A stretch of 64,000 bases of DNA from the human T2T-CHM13v2.0 reference genome, Homo sapiens: the NCBI RefSeq assembly GCF_009914755.1, contig NC_060940.1, one strand, 5' to 3'. Below the pieces are notes generated by a model. It searched no databases. It saw only the letters and a program-made list of their open reading frames with translations, and was not told the origin of the DNA. This document shows, piece by piece, positions 1 through 19,469 of this stretch. Positions within the stretch are counted from its first letter, which is position 1. Every line of letters starts with the position of its first letter. The position numbers and the translations under genes are program-made.

Positions 1-87
1 CAGTAAGAGAGGATATAAAATGGTGCATATCTAACGTGACTAAAGCTATGTTATAAAAAGCTGAAGAGGGAAGATCAGAAAACATTA

Positions 88-459
<372 letters not shown>

Positions 460-1034
460 TCATGGCCAAAACTGCAATTACTTTTGCACTCACCTAATAG
501 TCTATATTTCTCAAGGCAGTGGTTTTATTTTCATCATTAAATCATACTTTAAAACTGCTCCATCCCTTTCATACACACACATAAAATAACAATAGCATCA
601 AAAATTCCCAGGGGGAAGCATGAGACGCAGTGGGGGGAAGGTGGACCAGTATGGAGACTGCAAAAGAGAGAGGCTGTGGCCTCCTGGTCTCCAGGTCTCA
701 TCCCACCCAGTTTCTTGATCCATAACCTTGAATACTTAAAAACTCTGGATTCTCCTAAGAAAAACATAATAGACAGGAGCTAAAAGGACAACTGAATGTA
801 TACAAGAGATATAATAGAATCTTTTAACCGAGTAAGCTTGCTGTATCCTCAGACAAATGCCCTCTGAACTGAGGACTGGAAACAGGTAATCAGATCTTCC
901 CCTGACTCTTATCCTCCATCCCCTCCATCAGGGCTTCTGGGAAGTCATGAAGATACAAGAATGGTCTAGATGGGGCTCACAACTTAATTATTTCAGAATA
1001 ACCTGTGGTGCAGTGAAGCAGTATAGACAGGTCA

Positions 1035-1184
<150 letters not shown>

Positions 1185-1514
1185 CTATATGAGAGAAATG
1201 AAGTGGCAAAGGTCAAGGGAGACCCTAGCAGACGGGTAAAAAACTAAGATGGTTTGAGTATCAGGTGACTTCTGCCCTCTCTTCTGCCTCCCTCAAGAGC
1301 TTGCAGGCAATCAAGAGAATTTCCTTTTGTGTCTAGTTTCCCCCGTATCAAGTGGGAAAAGAAGGAAGAAGGCTTCACTGAACAGCTAATGTATGCCAAT
1401 GCTTTGCCCCCATGATCTCATTTAGTCTAGACATTGACCCTACGAGTTGGGGACTCCTACTATCTTCTTCTTACAGATGAAGAGACTGAGGTTGCCCTGG
1501 TAACAGAAAGGTGA

Positions 1515-1876
<362 letters not shown>

Positions 1877-2361
1877 AGGTCTTACAACTATTGAAGGGCA
1901 CAGTGTGGCTCTAAAGTCACGTCTTCCATACTCCAAAGCCCATGTCCTTTCTTCATATCTCAGGTACATGCTCAGCCATACCCACTTCTCAGAGCTCTGA
2001 GCTGCTTCTAAGAGCTGCCTGGATTCTGTGAGCCCTTCCTTCCCAGGGTTCTAGCTATATTCACTGGGCCAACTCTGTTGATCTTTTCACTGCCTCTGTC
2101 TTCCTCTAAAGACGAATGTAGAATTAGCATTTGTGGCATCTCCTGAGGGTGTCTGTGTTTGAGAGCAGGATTCTGTGATCAACTCACGTCCAGTGCCACC
2201 TCTCCAATGAAGCCTTTCTGACCTCCTTGATAGAATGCACCAGGCCATAGCACTTATTTGTTTGTAGATTTTCTTCTACAGGTCTTTAAGCCCCATGAGG
2301 ACAGAGGTAGTCTTATTTGCACAGAACTGGTACATACCTACTATGACCTACAAGAGGTAGC

Positions 2362-2590
2362 ACTGGGCTTCTCAACCTCGGTACTACTAACATTTGGGCT
2401 GGACAATTCTTTATTGGGGAGGGGCACCAACCTGTGTATTATAGGATGTGCAACAGTATCTCTGGTTTCTATCCATTAGATGTTAGTAGCATTTTCCACC
2501 CCTTCAAGTTGTGGGAACTAAAAACGTCTGCACACTCCTAAATGTCTCTGGAGCAGGTGGCAAACTCATGCTCAGTGGAGAACCACTGGC
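2362..2590. mobile_element. MER20 (hAT-Charlie) DNA transposon
   Basis: cttctcaacctcggtactactaacatttgggctggacaattct...gagaaccactg matches the MER20 consensus pattern. Confidence 0.7.
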
Positions 2591-3080
2591 ATAGAGGAAA
2601 GACATCACTTGGCCCTCGACACCATATGTATTAAATAAAACCCTCTTCTGCCTTTTCTCTATTCCATTTAGTAAACTTTGAGTTCCCTGTGGTCTGTTCT
2701 TTTATAAAATGCTACTCACTGGAATTTTGGAGTATAATATTTAAAAAGTGAAAAGTCTTCTTAACTACTAATTACTAGCAAAACAGCATCTCTGAAATAT
2801 TAGGAATTAATTTTATCTCCTGCAGCTACCGAAGGAGAGATACCATTCTGTGCCATAAAATATAGTTTAACGTCTCTGATTTGAAAAGGTTTCAAAATGA
2901 TAATATCCACAAGACTAGAAATCTTATGTTGCTGTCTGATAAGGATAATTAGATTTTTTTCCTTAATTGTTACCATTTTCTTCTGTTCTCAGTTAATATG
3001 AATCTATTCTTGAAAGTACAGGTGAGCTTCAGAAATTGTTACAGTATCCCATAAAAATAACCTTCAACTTCCTAAACTAA

Positions 3081-3495
<415 letters not shown>

Positions 3496-3944
3496 TAGTG
3501 GCACTTCAATCTTTTCTCCTAAGCATGCAGGTTATTAAGTACACGTATATGAATCTGCTGGGTTTCTCATTTAAAGAGTCTGAAAGTCTGTTTCATTTGC
3601 ATTTGCCAAGGCCTTGCATGGTCTGGCCCTCCTATCTCTAAAGCTGTCTCTCATACCACCATGCCATGTTCCCCTGCACTTCCTGTCTTCCAGCCATACT
3701 GGCTTCCTTGCAGCTTCCCAAGCTCATGTACTTCCTTCAACCACAGGGCCTTTGCATGAATTAATTCCTTGCCATACGATGCTAGGCTGCTTTGTCCCCT
3801 CTCCCCCTCACAAGTAACTGATTATCCTTCAATCTCAGCTCAAATATCCCCTACAGAGACACAGCCACAGGCTAGATCAAGACATACTGCTTTACACTCT
3901 TACAGCACTTGTCAGCGTTGTAGTTTCATATTTATTGGTGTGAA

Positions 3945-4107
3945 TTTTTTTTTTTTTTTTGGAGACTGAGTCTCACTCGTTGTCCAGGCTGGAGTGCAGT
4001 GGTGTGATCTTGGCTCACTGTAACCTCCGCCTCCAGGATTCAAGCAATTCCCTTGCCTCAGCCTCCCAAGTAGCTGGGATTACAGGCACCTGCCACCATG
4101 CCCAGCT

Positions 4108-4141
<34 letters not shown>

Positions 4142-4259
4142 TACAGATGGGGTTTTTCCATGTTGGTCAGGCTGGTCTTGAACTCCTGACCTCAGGTAAT
4201 CTGCCTGCCTCAGCCTCCCAAAGTGCTGGGATTGCAGGCGTGAGCCACTGCGCCCAGCC
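3945..4259 (-). mobile_element. Alu
   Basis: Full dimer with expanded middle T tract. Confidence 0.95.
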
Positions 4260-5874
4260 TATTGATGTGATCTTTGGACTATATCTTGCCTCCCCCACTG
4301 GACCCTGTACTACATGAGGGCAAGTACTGTATCTGGTTTTGCTTACCCCATGCTGAGCGCAGAACCTTGCATTTGGTGGACACTCAAATATTTGTTGAAT
4401 AAATGTATGTTAGTGCTAAACCCTAATATATACTATCACCTTGAGAAAACATATCAGAGGCTTCAATGAAGCTTATGTGAGACCCAAGCACAAAAAATGT
4501 ATTATGTTCATCAGACCCTAGAGCTCCGTATACTTATTCTCCCCAACAAGAGCCCTAAATAGAAGAGAAATGATGGACAAGAAAATATTCTACTCTCAAG
4601 GCAACAAGTAAAATAGACCCTTTGTTCCTTATTGAAACAGTTCATCTGAGCCCCTGGAAATAAAGCTGTGAAGTTTCAGCCTAAACTTTGAAGTGTCTAA
4701 ACTTTGAAGTGTCAACCCAAGGCTTCTTGATTCTTCTGGGAGCACAGATTTTTATTAATGCAACAAAGCAGTGTTATTGCAGGCTGGGTCTACAAAAGTG
4801 TGGTTTCCAGACCTGGTTGATCCTCACTCTGTGATTTTGATTCAGTAGGCATGGGAATTTGAGTTTTTAAAAACTTCCCTAGCTAATGCTGCTGCATAGC
4901 TTGCTTCTGTTGGAAACTTCTTATCTGGGACAAGACCATGTGGCCTCAAAAGGACCCGCAGGAACCTGGTTGTATGACTTCAGGAAACCCAAGTTTCTAT
5001 TCTTTTATGCGTAAAATGAGGCCATTAATACTTTCTCTGCCTTCCTCACAGAAACTCGTAGTCCAGACAAGGGGCTGGAAATGAGTTTGAAAAAGACTAA
5101 AGCTCTTTGCAAATGACAGTAATACAAGATTCATTCTGTTCCCAAATTACCAGCAAACATAGCAAGGAGTCCTTGATTACTTCAGTTGAGTCAGGTCTGG
5201 ATATAACTAAAAACCAGTTCATTGAGGTGGGTGCTGTTGGTCTACTCCCTTCGCATACAATTACCAGATTAATCCTCCCATTCTTCCCTCCCCAGCAGGT
5301 ATCTAGAAAACCTCGACATGCAACCTGAACACCTGGTCTTTGCTGCTGCAACTTTCCCTGGGTTACCACGTTTCCTTTATAATAACTTAGGAAAACCAGT
5401 GTCCCAAGACCTTGTACTTCCACATTTAATGTGAAAGACTCCAGACTCCAATCGTTCCCACAGACACCCTGTTTCCTAAGCCTCATCCTCTTAACTCTAA
5501 CTTTTAAAAATGCTGTTTTTCTTATAGGATGCCTTGACATTGCTTGGGAACATCATCACCCCCATTGCTTACTGTTCCCTCTGCCTGGAGTGCCCCTCCG
5601 TGTTTTTGCATGGTTCGCTAACTCACTGCTTTCAGCTTTGACTCAAATGTCACCTTCTCAGGGAGGCCTTTCTTGGATAATGTAAAATGTGACAGCTTCT
5701 CCAATACTCTCACTTCTGCTTTATCTTCACCTAACATGTTATGTGGCTTTTTGGATTATTGTTGGTTTTATTTTTTAGCAAATTCTAAGCACGCTATTAA
5801 TCATTTATTAATATGTACTAATTATTTAATTACATATTATTTATTACTATTTAACACATTATTAAACTCAACAG

Positions 5875-6198
5875 ATGTTTTTGTTTGTTTTGTTTTGTTT
5901 CCTTTTTGTTTTGTTTTTTAAGACACTCACTCTTTTGCCCAGGCTAGAGTGCAGTGGCTCGATCTGGGCTCATTGCAACCTCTGCCTCCTGAGTTCAAAC
6001 GTTTCTCCTGCCTCACTCTCCCGGGTAGCTGAGATTATAGGCGCCCACCACCACGACCAGCTAATTTTTGTGTTTTTACAAGAGACGAGGTTTCACCATG
6101 TTGACCAGGCTGGTCTCCAACTCCTGAGCTCAAGTGATACGCCTGCCTCAGCCTCCCAAAATGTTGGGATTACAGGCGTGAGCCACTGTACCCAGCCT
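5875..6198 (-). mobile_element. Alu
   Basis: Full dimer with (TTTTG)n tail. Confidence 0.95.
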
Positions 6199-6823
6199 GT
6201 GTTTTCCTTTTTATTGGTATTGTCTACCTCCCCTGTGTGTGCCCCTCTGTTTTTCTCACTGCCATTTCCCTAACATTTAGAACAGTGCCTGACACATGAT
6301 AGAAGCCCAGTCAATACTTGTCGAATGAATACAGGGATCTGGCTTGGATATGTTCAGTTCACTCAGCCTCTTGTGTAGTACTAGCTTTGGTCTATGGGAC
6401 AATTATACTGTCTTACCAGGGGCAATGTGGTACAGGGACAAGAAGCCAGTCCTGGAAGCCAGAGAGGTCAAGTATTAAATTCTTACTCTAGCACTTATTA
6501 GCTGTGTGATCCTGGGCAATTCACAGAAGCTCTCTGAGCCATATTCCTTGACCTGGAAGGTGGAGAGAATTTCTCATTTCGATTCTTCAAGACTGATGGG
6601 AAGATTGAGAATTATGCACATAAGGTACTTGAAATCTGGTCATGCACACTAATTGGTAGCTAATAATTTCGTGAATTACTGATATATCTGACATCTGGAG
6701 TTCCAGCTATGTCCAACAGGAAACCAAAATAAGTTCCCCACTTCTCCTTTAGTCTCTCAAGATTGAGACACCAGACCCCACTTGACAGCTCACCTTAATG
6801 GTACAGCCAGCCATTCATCTTAC

Positions 6824-6886
6824 CTTGGTGGCAATGGCAGAAACTGCAGCTGTTCTCTTTGCAGTTATGACATTTCCATCCATGAC
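6824..6886 (-). CDS. CRYM: CRYM coding exon 3 (VMDGNVITAKRTAAVSAIATK)
   Basis: Acceptor tctcttttcctccaag| and donor AAG|GTAAGA, 63 nt. Contains the family motif T-x-x-R-T-A-A. Confidence 0.96.
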
Positions 6887-8674
6887 CTTGGAGGAAAAGA
6901 GAGACAGTGAGCAAGGGGAACCCCTGTCCACTGCATAAATTAGAAGAAACAGTTCTAAAATATTAGCTTAGGAAGTTTTATAGCATCCTACAAACAGCAT
7001 GGGTTTGGCGTCAGACCTGGATCCGATTCCTCCACTTACGAGATATGCAACTTTGAACAAACACTTTAATCTTTAAGCACTGGTTTCCTCACCTGTAAAA
7101 AAGATAATGCCAGCCATTCAGAGGGTTATTGTGAGGATTAAATGCACTGGCATATCTGGAAACATCTAGCACATGGTGAGCCCTCAAGAACTGCCCATTT
7201 TCTTTTCTTGCCCTAGGATTCTCAAAACACCAAATTAAGAAGGAACTAGAGAGAGAAGGTTGCCAATTGACATCTGGACAACGGCCATGAAACTCTTAGT
7301 GGCTCTCCGTTCCTGCTGCACATGTGGAAAGCTTCGTGAAGATGCTCAGATACCACCCTTAGATTAACCCAGTCTGTATCTCTTCCAGGAGTGAGACCCA
7401 GACAGCCCAGGTGATTCCGATACACAGCGAAGGTTGAAAATTATGCCTCGCTAGTAAAAACCATCCTCTGCACTCCTCTCCCTGTTATTCATCTCAGCTG
7501 ATCATCAAAAAATAGGCATCATCAACCTCATTTTACAGATGAGGAAGTGAATCACGAAGTCACTGAGCAGATTCAGCTGTCATCTAGTTTCAAAGCCTTG
7601 GGTTCTACCCCCCTAGGGAACCGCTGTTGGCAGGTAGTATGAATGCCATCTCGGTTGGATGAGTGTAAGTTGGGGAAAGCTAGATATTCTCAAAGGAGTG
7701 TTAAACGGCCAGATTATTTGGCGATCCAGAAATTCAGGGGAAAAGGAGGGACATTGTAAGACCCAGCTTGGAGCGCACAGACCTTAAGAGTTAACTGTCA
7801 CACCTGGGAGTGATTCTTGAGTCTTTCACTAACCAGATGTGTGACCTCAAGCAAAGTGACTCTACTAACCTGAGCCTCAAGGACCTCAACAGAAATTGGG
7901 GGGAAGGGGAGTTAATAAAAACACCCATAGAGGAATTTTGCAGAATTGAATGTGATCAGCGTCTCCTTCTTGGCACATAAGTGCCCAATATGTAGCAGTT
8001 AAAATGGCGGTGGTCTTAGAAGAGTCTGGACCTATGGACCGTGGACTTAGACTGAGCAGCTCTGAAGTCCAACCATGCTAATTGTTGGTTACATAAACCT
8101 CGGTAAGTTGAACATAGTTGCTCTGACTCGGTTTCCTCATCTATAAAGTGGGAGTAATCATATTACCCATATCATAGAATAGTTTTAAGTATTAAGAGGA
8201 TTAATAAATGTGAAATGTTTAGAAAAGTGCCTGATGCATTATAAAAAGTACTCCATAAACACAAGCTACTGCTACCTTTTGAAACTATGATTAGATATTA
8301 AAACAGGTCACACCGTATACCCCTCTGAAGACTCCCAGGGATTATAGAACACCCCTTCTTTTCCATGTCGACAAGGATTCAGTAAGTAAGTCTTCCCTTG
8401 GCTAATGGGTTCATTCAAGCTGCGTATTTGGGGCAACTGAGTATAGGACAAGGACATATGCAAGAATGACAACAAGATTATTATTTCCACACTGTCACAT
8501 GCTTGAGGCAGCAGTGGGCGCTGGTGCCGTGTTATGCATCCTCAGGCAGTCCTAGAAATAGATACATGGACACAGATAACCTTCACTGTTGCTGGTATCC
8601 AGTCACTTGCAGAGGGGCACGCGTAGTCACAATCAAGACTCCCCCTGCTGCGGAGAACTTACTTTTGAGCTTCA

Positions 8675-8899
<225 letters not shown>

Positions 8900-9372
8900 T
8901 CAGCCCCTTCCCATCAATGCTGGGGTCTCTTAGAAAGTATCCATATACTTTCCTTTTTCTTTCCTTCCTCACCACCCCACTGGCCCTCTTCCAGCCCCCG
9001 CATCCCTCTGCCCTTCCCTTAGACACTATGCACAGTATGTTCAGAAGTCTGGCTCTGGATCAGAAAACCTTTCCAGCTCTGCCACTTAGTAGCTGTGTAA
9101 GCTTAGGTAAGTCACTTAACCTCTCTGAGTCTCAGTTTTCCACCAATCAAATGGTGGTATCAATACCTCCCTAGGTGGAGAGTGTGCTGAAATAAACAAG
9201 GTAACACCTGTAAAACGCCCACTTAGCACACCGGGTAGCGCCTATTAAAAGTGGCAGCTGTTAGCAACGGTTAGGCAAGCCGTCTCTTCCCTTCTCCCAC
9301 CCCTCCTCTTCCTGCTCCTCCTTTCCCCGCTTTCCAGTTTCTCCTGCCCCTGACCCCGACCCTCCTCACTCA

Positions 9373-9800
<428 letters not shown>

Positions 9801-11352
9801 CAATATTGTTTGGTCCACTTTCTCAGTTCCTGTAATCAGCTGTAGCCACATTCCTTGACTTTTGCTTCCTACATAACCCCTCCCTATTAACTCGCTTTTT
9901 GCTGCTGTCTAGGTCACCGTGCCTGGGAAAGAATGGACAGGGAAAACGCTAACGGGGCTCCTTTATTTATTAAATTACTGCCTACTGCTAGGAGATAAAA
10001 GGAGACGGAGGCTTATTTAATTTTTTTTTCCTTTTAATTCTGTCCCCGTCTAGAGTCTCTTATCCTAGTCTTCCTCCCCCCTGTACCCCCAGATGTCTGG
10101 CCTTTGATTGCTAAGAACGCACAGTTTTCTCACAGGCTAACTAACCTAACAAACCTTCGCCTTTAAAGGGGGGAAGTTTGCAGGGCAAGGTGTAATCTTT
10201 TCCATCTCACAAAAAGCCAAATTGCAGGATCTTTTCTTCCAGGAGTTTTTACCTGAGATGGGGAAATAAAATCGGAAAGGAATGATGTAAAGCTTAAGGC
10301 AATAAATCCTAGTCATCAAATCAGTGATAGGAAAAGTAAGTTAATTCAAAGAAAAGAGAGATGATTTTGACCTGGAGTGGTTAGATAAGGGCTTCATGAA
10401 AGAGTGGGGAGAAACCAAGGTCTGAAATAATAATAGTGACGACAACAATGATAACATCAGGTTATTGATCTTTACTATGTACCAGATACTGCACCATGCA
10501 CTTTATGTATATTATCTCATTTAATTATACAACAACCTCTAAGGTAGGGAGGTGTTGTTATTAGTTTTACTGTCCATTGGAGGCTCTGAGAAGGGAAGAA
10601 ATTTAGTTCAAGGTCATCCACCAAGTCAGCAGAGGAGCTGGCTTTGCCCATGGTTGGACTTCAGAATTATATTCCTAATCATTAAGCTACTTTGGCAGAA
10701 AGAGAGGAAGAGGGCATTACAGGCCAAGTAAAGCCCTGAGGTGGAAGGCATGTTGAATAGCTCTGGGAACAGTGAGTTGCCAGATGTGTTAGGCTGGAAT
10801 AAGGTGCTGAGGTCTAGGAGCATCAGAAGATAAAACTGAGAACGATTCTTGGAGTCAGGCAGCTGAGAATGGTGATTCCTAGGAAAGAAATTACATGCTC
10901 CAAGAGAGTAAGCATTTAGAAAGATGGGTCTTCTGCCAATGCAAAGGATGGAACAGATGAGCGAGAGCAGAGCCTGGGAGAAGGTCAAGAGGCAGGACTG
11001 CTGAAGTTGTGCTTTGTGGTATTTTGGTTGGAAGCTACATAGGGCATTTTGTAGGAAATGGTCACATCATGATAAAAGACAGTGGATGAGTAAGTGTCAA
11101 AATCAGTACCAATGAAATGAGAAATTGTACATAATGTGTTTAGCAACAGTGCTTGGCACAGAGTAGCCATGTAATAAGTGAACACTGAGAGAGAAAGAGA
11201 GAGAGAGAGAAGACACTGGTGGTTGGGAAAAGCTGATTTCAATGACACAATTTTGTTTCTTCGGTTCACCATCCCTAGAAATTTATGCCCAGAGCCGCTG
11301 GGCTTATAGAAATGTTTCTGGCCCATCACGTGTGCTGTTAGCATTAATATTA

Positions 11353-11694
<342 letters not shown>

Positions 11695-12002
11695 CTAAAA
11701 ATAAAATCCTATGCCCCCCACCTACTGAATGAACCCCCTCTGGGCCAAGCAGACCCCAGAAAAACCTTAAAGACTTAGTTTCCAGCCATGATGGGATGGC
11801 AAATCAGATATGCCTCATTACATCCTCTCCCTTTTAGAGTTTAGACACAACTGAGCAGCCTTAATGTTAATACAGAGATCACAAGACTGACAGAACAGAC
11901 TCTTTGTGGCAATACGATAACAAATTATAAACAGGATCTAAGGCCATGCCAGGAAGGGTTAAGTCACGCACCCTTACACTTAAAGAAAAAAGCTATGTTC
12001 TA

Positions 12003-12822
<820 letters not shown>

Positions 12823-13271
12823 GAAGATATGCAATATTAAAACAATTACAACTCATCCAAATCACAGATATTGACTAACCGACCCCTTGTTCCACCAGCC
12901 ATAACTACAGCTTGATTGGACAAGAGACTGATTTCAGTAACTTTCTCCTGATAAGACTACCGACTATAGGATGGTTCTGGCTGACTTACAGAGGTTGCAC
13001 ACTTGCATGCCTTCATGTCCTGAAAAGACCTTTTGACGTATCAGGCTGAATTGTAATACATTTAAATGCTGCAACCACCCCAAAATGAACATGAGTTGTA
13101 TGTAACATGCATGTTTGTTAAATACACATGCATCAGGACCACTTTCATGAATATTCATAGCTTCTTCTCTCACCTGTTGAATATGTATATTTAGCCAACC
13201 TGTTGAGCATAAAGCTCCTACCCCAACCCTCCTCCTTCAAAGTGCCTGTCTCTGATCTTGGCCAAGGCATG

Positions 13272-13636
13272 TGATATGGTTTGGCTCCATGTCCACACCC
13301 AAATCTCTTCTTATAGCTCCCATAATTCCCACATCTTGTGGGAGGGACCCAGTGGGAGATGACTGAATCATGGAGGCGGGTCTTTCCCCTGCGGTTCTGA
13401 TGATAGTGAATGAGTCTCACGAGATCTGATGGTTTTAAAAATGGGAGTTGCCCTGCACAAGCTCTCTCTTTGCTATTGCCCTCCATGTAAGATGTGACTT
13501 GTTCCTCCTTGCCTTCCACTATGATTGTGAGGCCTCCCCAGCCATGTGGAACTGTAAATCCAATAAGCCTCTTTCTTCTGTAAATTGCCCAGTCTCAGGC
13601 ATGTGTTTATAGACAGCATGAAAACGGAATAATACA
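13272..13636 (+). mobile_element. THE1 (ERVL-MaLR) solo LTR
   Basis: TGATATGGTTTGG...AATAATACA termini. TSD GCATG/GCGTG. Confidence 0.9.
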
Positions 13637-14869
13637 GCGTGCTTCCCAGCATAGGATCCCACCTTGCAGGCTGTAACCTCGTATAAGAAAGTCTCTTCTT
13701 GTCTAAATTTATAAATTGTGTGGTTTTTTTTTTAAAGTTAACAAGGAGAAAAAAAGCAAAACCAAATACTCATCAACTAAAAGAGATATGAAATAAGAAA
13801 GCCAGATATTTATTTGCTTCCATAGTAAATTCAGGAATTTAGCCCCGATTAAATAGAAATCTTATTTCTGACTCCCACATTACTAGAAAGTTTATTAATC
13901 TTCTTTAAGTCATGATTATAATAGTAATTTCATTATTTTAACAATGACAAAATAAGAAACCTCAATAATAGGAATTCACTCCAGTGAATCCTGTAGAAAC
14001 AGGACAACTCTGCAAATCATCTCAAATCATCTTCCTGATAAAGCTTTGGTTCACATCACCCAGGTCCTCAGTAAAGTAGCACTGAGAAAACTAGTCTTGG
14101 TTGCATCACTTCTTTTGAGACCAGAGGCACAGAGAACTAATTGTCCCAAGCCTCCAATAATAAGTATTATTAATAAGTAGCATATTAAATATTAGGTGTT
14201 ATTGAGGTTTATTTTATTATTATTAAAATAATGAAATTATTATTATAATTATGACTTAACAGAAAGAAGATTAATAAACTTTTTAGTAATGCAGGGGTCA
14301 GTATTGAGAAAGCTGGTGTAAATCTCTTTTCCCCGCCCTTCCCTGAGACCTTGTCCTGGGACAAGCCTGGGGGCCATGTAAGCTCCTGTGCCTGAGCCTC
14401 TGGAAGTTCCCTGCTAACCCCTAACAGACCCTGCGGAGGAGGTGGTTACTTACATCCCCCTAGACTTCTGCCACTACCACAGTGAAGATGGCAGCAGGGT
14501 AGAGCTGTACCATAGTGAGGTACTCACCTATGGCACAAAATGTACGGGATTCACTCAGTAGTCATGATAAATATTAAACTAAAACATCTAAATGCAATAT
14601 TTAAAATAAAAATCAATGCCAAAAAATCCACAGTGAACAGAGTACAAAAATTTTCAACAAAGACGGCTCAGGATTACTGACTTTTCCTTTTGCTGTAGAT
14701 GCCAATACAGCTCCTCACGAAATTTTATCTTTACATTTTATTTTAAAATGTAAAAATATTGTATAAAAGTCTTTATTTTGACTATTGAGTTGGCTTCACC
14801 TTGAATGCTGCAGCCAAGGCGCGTGTCTCATTCCCCTTATCCCTAACCTCTGTCGTCCTAGAGTTGGGG

Positions 14870-15420
14870 GACTGAGCGGTGGGCCAGGACAAGCAACGGA
14901 TGAAGTATCTCGGAAGCCGGAGAAGGGTGGTCTGGGGCTCTTGGGAGCATGCGCGGGGTGGGGCGGTGGGGGGACTGAGGTGGCGCTCCCGGCTCCTCCG
15001 CGCGCCCCCGGCACCTTCCGCGCGTCCCCGGCTCCCCACACTCCGTCCCCGGCTCCCCACACTCCCACCCCGGTCTGCCCCGGGCGCCCCCGGTTCCCCA
15101 CCTCCTGGTGTGCCTCTGGCGGGTCCGCGCAGGATCAGGCTACAGACTCGCCCGCGGGCGGCTGCGCGGCGGGCCGTTGGGGAGGGTGTTGGGATGAGGA
15201 GCCCCAACCAGATGGACGCGCACCCCGCAGCGGCGGAGGCGGCGGCGAGGCTTGAGCAGTGAGTGCTCGGGAGCCCCGGCCAGCCCTTCCTCCTTCTGCC
15301 TGCGTCCTCTGCGCTGGCCGCTGCTCCAGACGCCAGGGGGCCCACCCGCTGCCCGTGGTCGGCGCGCGGAGCTCGAAAGCGCGCGCCTCTAACAAATGAA
15401 AACCCATAGGGACTTAGGGT
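14870..15420 (+). promoter_or_regulatory. CpG island: promoter and non-coding first exon of a vestigial ABCA gene (Abca14-like), donor GCA|GTGAGT at 15258/15259
   Basis: Dense CpG, GC box and GGC repeats. Co-linear homology with the 32.9-33.3 kb island, including the splice donor position. Confidence 0.7.
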
Positions 15421-15589
15421 TGAATTTTAACTTTTTTTTTTTTTTGGCTTATTGTTTAGTGCTAGATAGAAGGGTTTGAGCGGTGTAGTCAATTTTGGTG
15501 CTAGTCTGACTTGAGGCAACGTGACGTGACCTACGCGTCTCATCAGTAATGCAGAAATAACATTTTATCCACTTCATCGGGCTTTTCTT

Positions 15590-16489
15590 TTTCTTTTTCA
15601 GAAAATTGAGGTAAAATTCAAATAACATAAATTTCACCTTTTTTACCCTTCAAAGTGCACAGTTCCCTGACTTTTAGTATATTCACGATGTTGTGCGACC
15701 AACACTACCATCTAATCCCATTTTCATCACCCCCCAAATAAACCCTGTACTCATTCAGTTACATCCCATTCTCCTCTCCCCACTGCCTCTCCCAATTGCC
15801 AATCTACTTTTTTGTTTGTGGATTTGTAGGTTCTAGACATTTCTTTCTTTCTTTCTTTCTTTTTGTCTCCAGCTGCATCTACATTGCTGCAGAGGACATA
15901 ATTCCATTCATTTTTATGGCTGTATAGTATTCCATAGTGTATATGTACCACGTTTTCTTTATCCAATCCACCATTGATAGGCACCTAGGTTGATTCTATG
16001 TCTTTGCTATTGTGAATGATGCTGCAATGAACATACAGACGCATGTATCTTTTAGTAGAATGATTTATTTTCCTTTGCGTATATACCTAGTAATGGGAAT
16101 GCCGGGTCAAATGGTAGTTCTAAGTTCTTTGAGAAATCCCCAAACTGCTTTCCACAGTTTCTGAACAAATTTACATTCCCACCAACAGTGTATAAGTGTT
16201 CTCTTTTCTCCACAGCCTCACCAGCATCTGTTTTTTGACTTTTTAATAATTGCCATTCTGACTGATGTGAGATGATATTCCATTGTGGTTTTTATTTGCA
16301 TTTCCCTGATGACTGGTGATATTGAGCATTTTTTCATATATTTTTTGGTTACTCGTATGTCTTCTTTTGAGAAATGTTTGTTCCTTTTGCCCATGTTTTA
16401 TTTGGGTTATTTGTTTTTGGCTTGTTGAATTGTTTCAGTTCCTTGTAGTTTTGTATATTAGACCCTTGTCAGATGCATAGTTGCAAAAT

Positions 16490-16490
<1 letters not shown>
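15590..16490 (-). mobile_element. L1 (L1PB/L1MA 3' end nested in an older L1M)
   Basis: Antisense L1 3' sequence: tttttatggctgtatagtattccatagtgtatatgtaccac. Confidence 0.8.
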
Positions 16491-18600
<2,110 letters not shown>

Positions 18601-18624
18601 CCTATTTTTTGGTAGAGTTTGAGA

Positions 18625-19460
18625 AGGTATGATATAACAGAAATATGTATTTGGTCTTCATCCCTTGTTCCTGGCACAGAGCTCCCACAGTCCTTGGAAT
18701 TTCTGGAATGAATGGAATATCTTTTCTTATTCAAAACTTGACCATACGTGAGTTTATGCTAATAAAGTGACCCCAGGAAGGCCCTTAGATAGCTTGAGGA
18801 TAGGTGCTGGTTGCCAGAGGAATCAACCATGTGATGAGGATTGAAACTTTCAGCCCACATCCTCACCCCTGATCTCCAGGAGGGAAGGAGACAGGAGATT
18901 GAGTTCAGTCACCAAAGGCCATTGCTTTAACCAATCATGATTACATAATGAAGTCTTGATACAAACTCTTGAACAATGAGATCTGGAGAGCTTCTGGGTT
19001 GGTGAACCCATCGGTGTGCTGGGAGGGTGGCACACTGGAGAGGGCACAGAAGCTCTGTGTCCCATGCCCCTTGCCCTGTGCACTTCTTCATTTGCCTGTT
19101 CTTTTGTAATAAACTGTAATTGTAAATGTAGCACTTTCCTTAGTTCTGTGAGTTGTTTTTAGCACATTATCAAACCAGAGGAACAATTGTGGGAGTCCTA
19201 ACATTTGTAGTTATCCAGGCAGAAGTGCAGGTACCCTGTATTCCCTATTTGTGGCTGTGTCTAAAGCGGGTGCAATCTTGTGGGATTGGTTCTTTAACCC
19301 ATGGAGTCTGTGCTAACTTATAAGCTTAAGCAACAAATGAGTCAAATAAAAAATCACAAGGGAAATTCGAAAATACTTTGTAGTGCTAGAATTGAATTCA
19401 ATTGTAGGACACCCAGTTGGGGTGTCAGAGAATAGGACAATTGGTTGTTTATTTAAAAAC
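18625..19460. mobile_element. MER21-like ERVL LTR
   Basis: Contains characteristic text: ctggcacagagctcc, ggttgccagaggaatcaaccatgtga, gagagcttctgggttggtgaa. Confidence 0.7.
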
Positions 19461-19469
19461 CAAACAGGA

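Noticed and set aside
4681-4713. Short perfect tandem duplications (also 19645-19694, 20899-20921, 46036-46086)
   Set aside because: Ordinary slippage events with no evident function.
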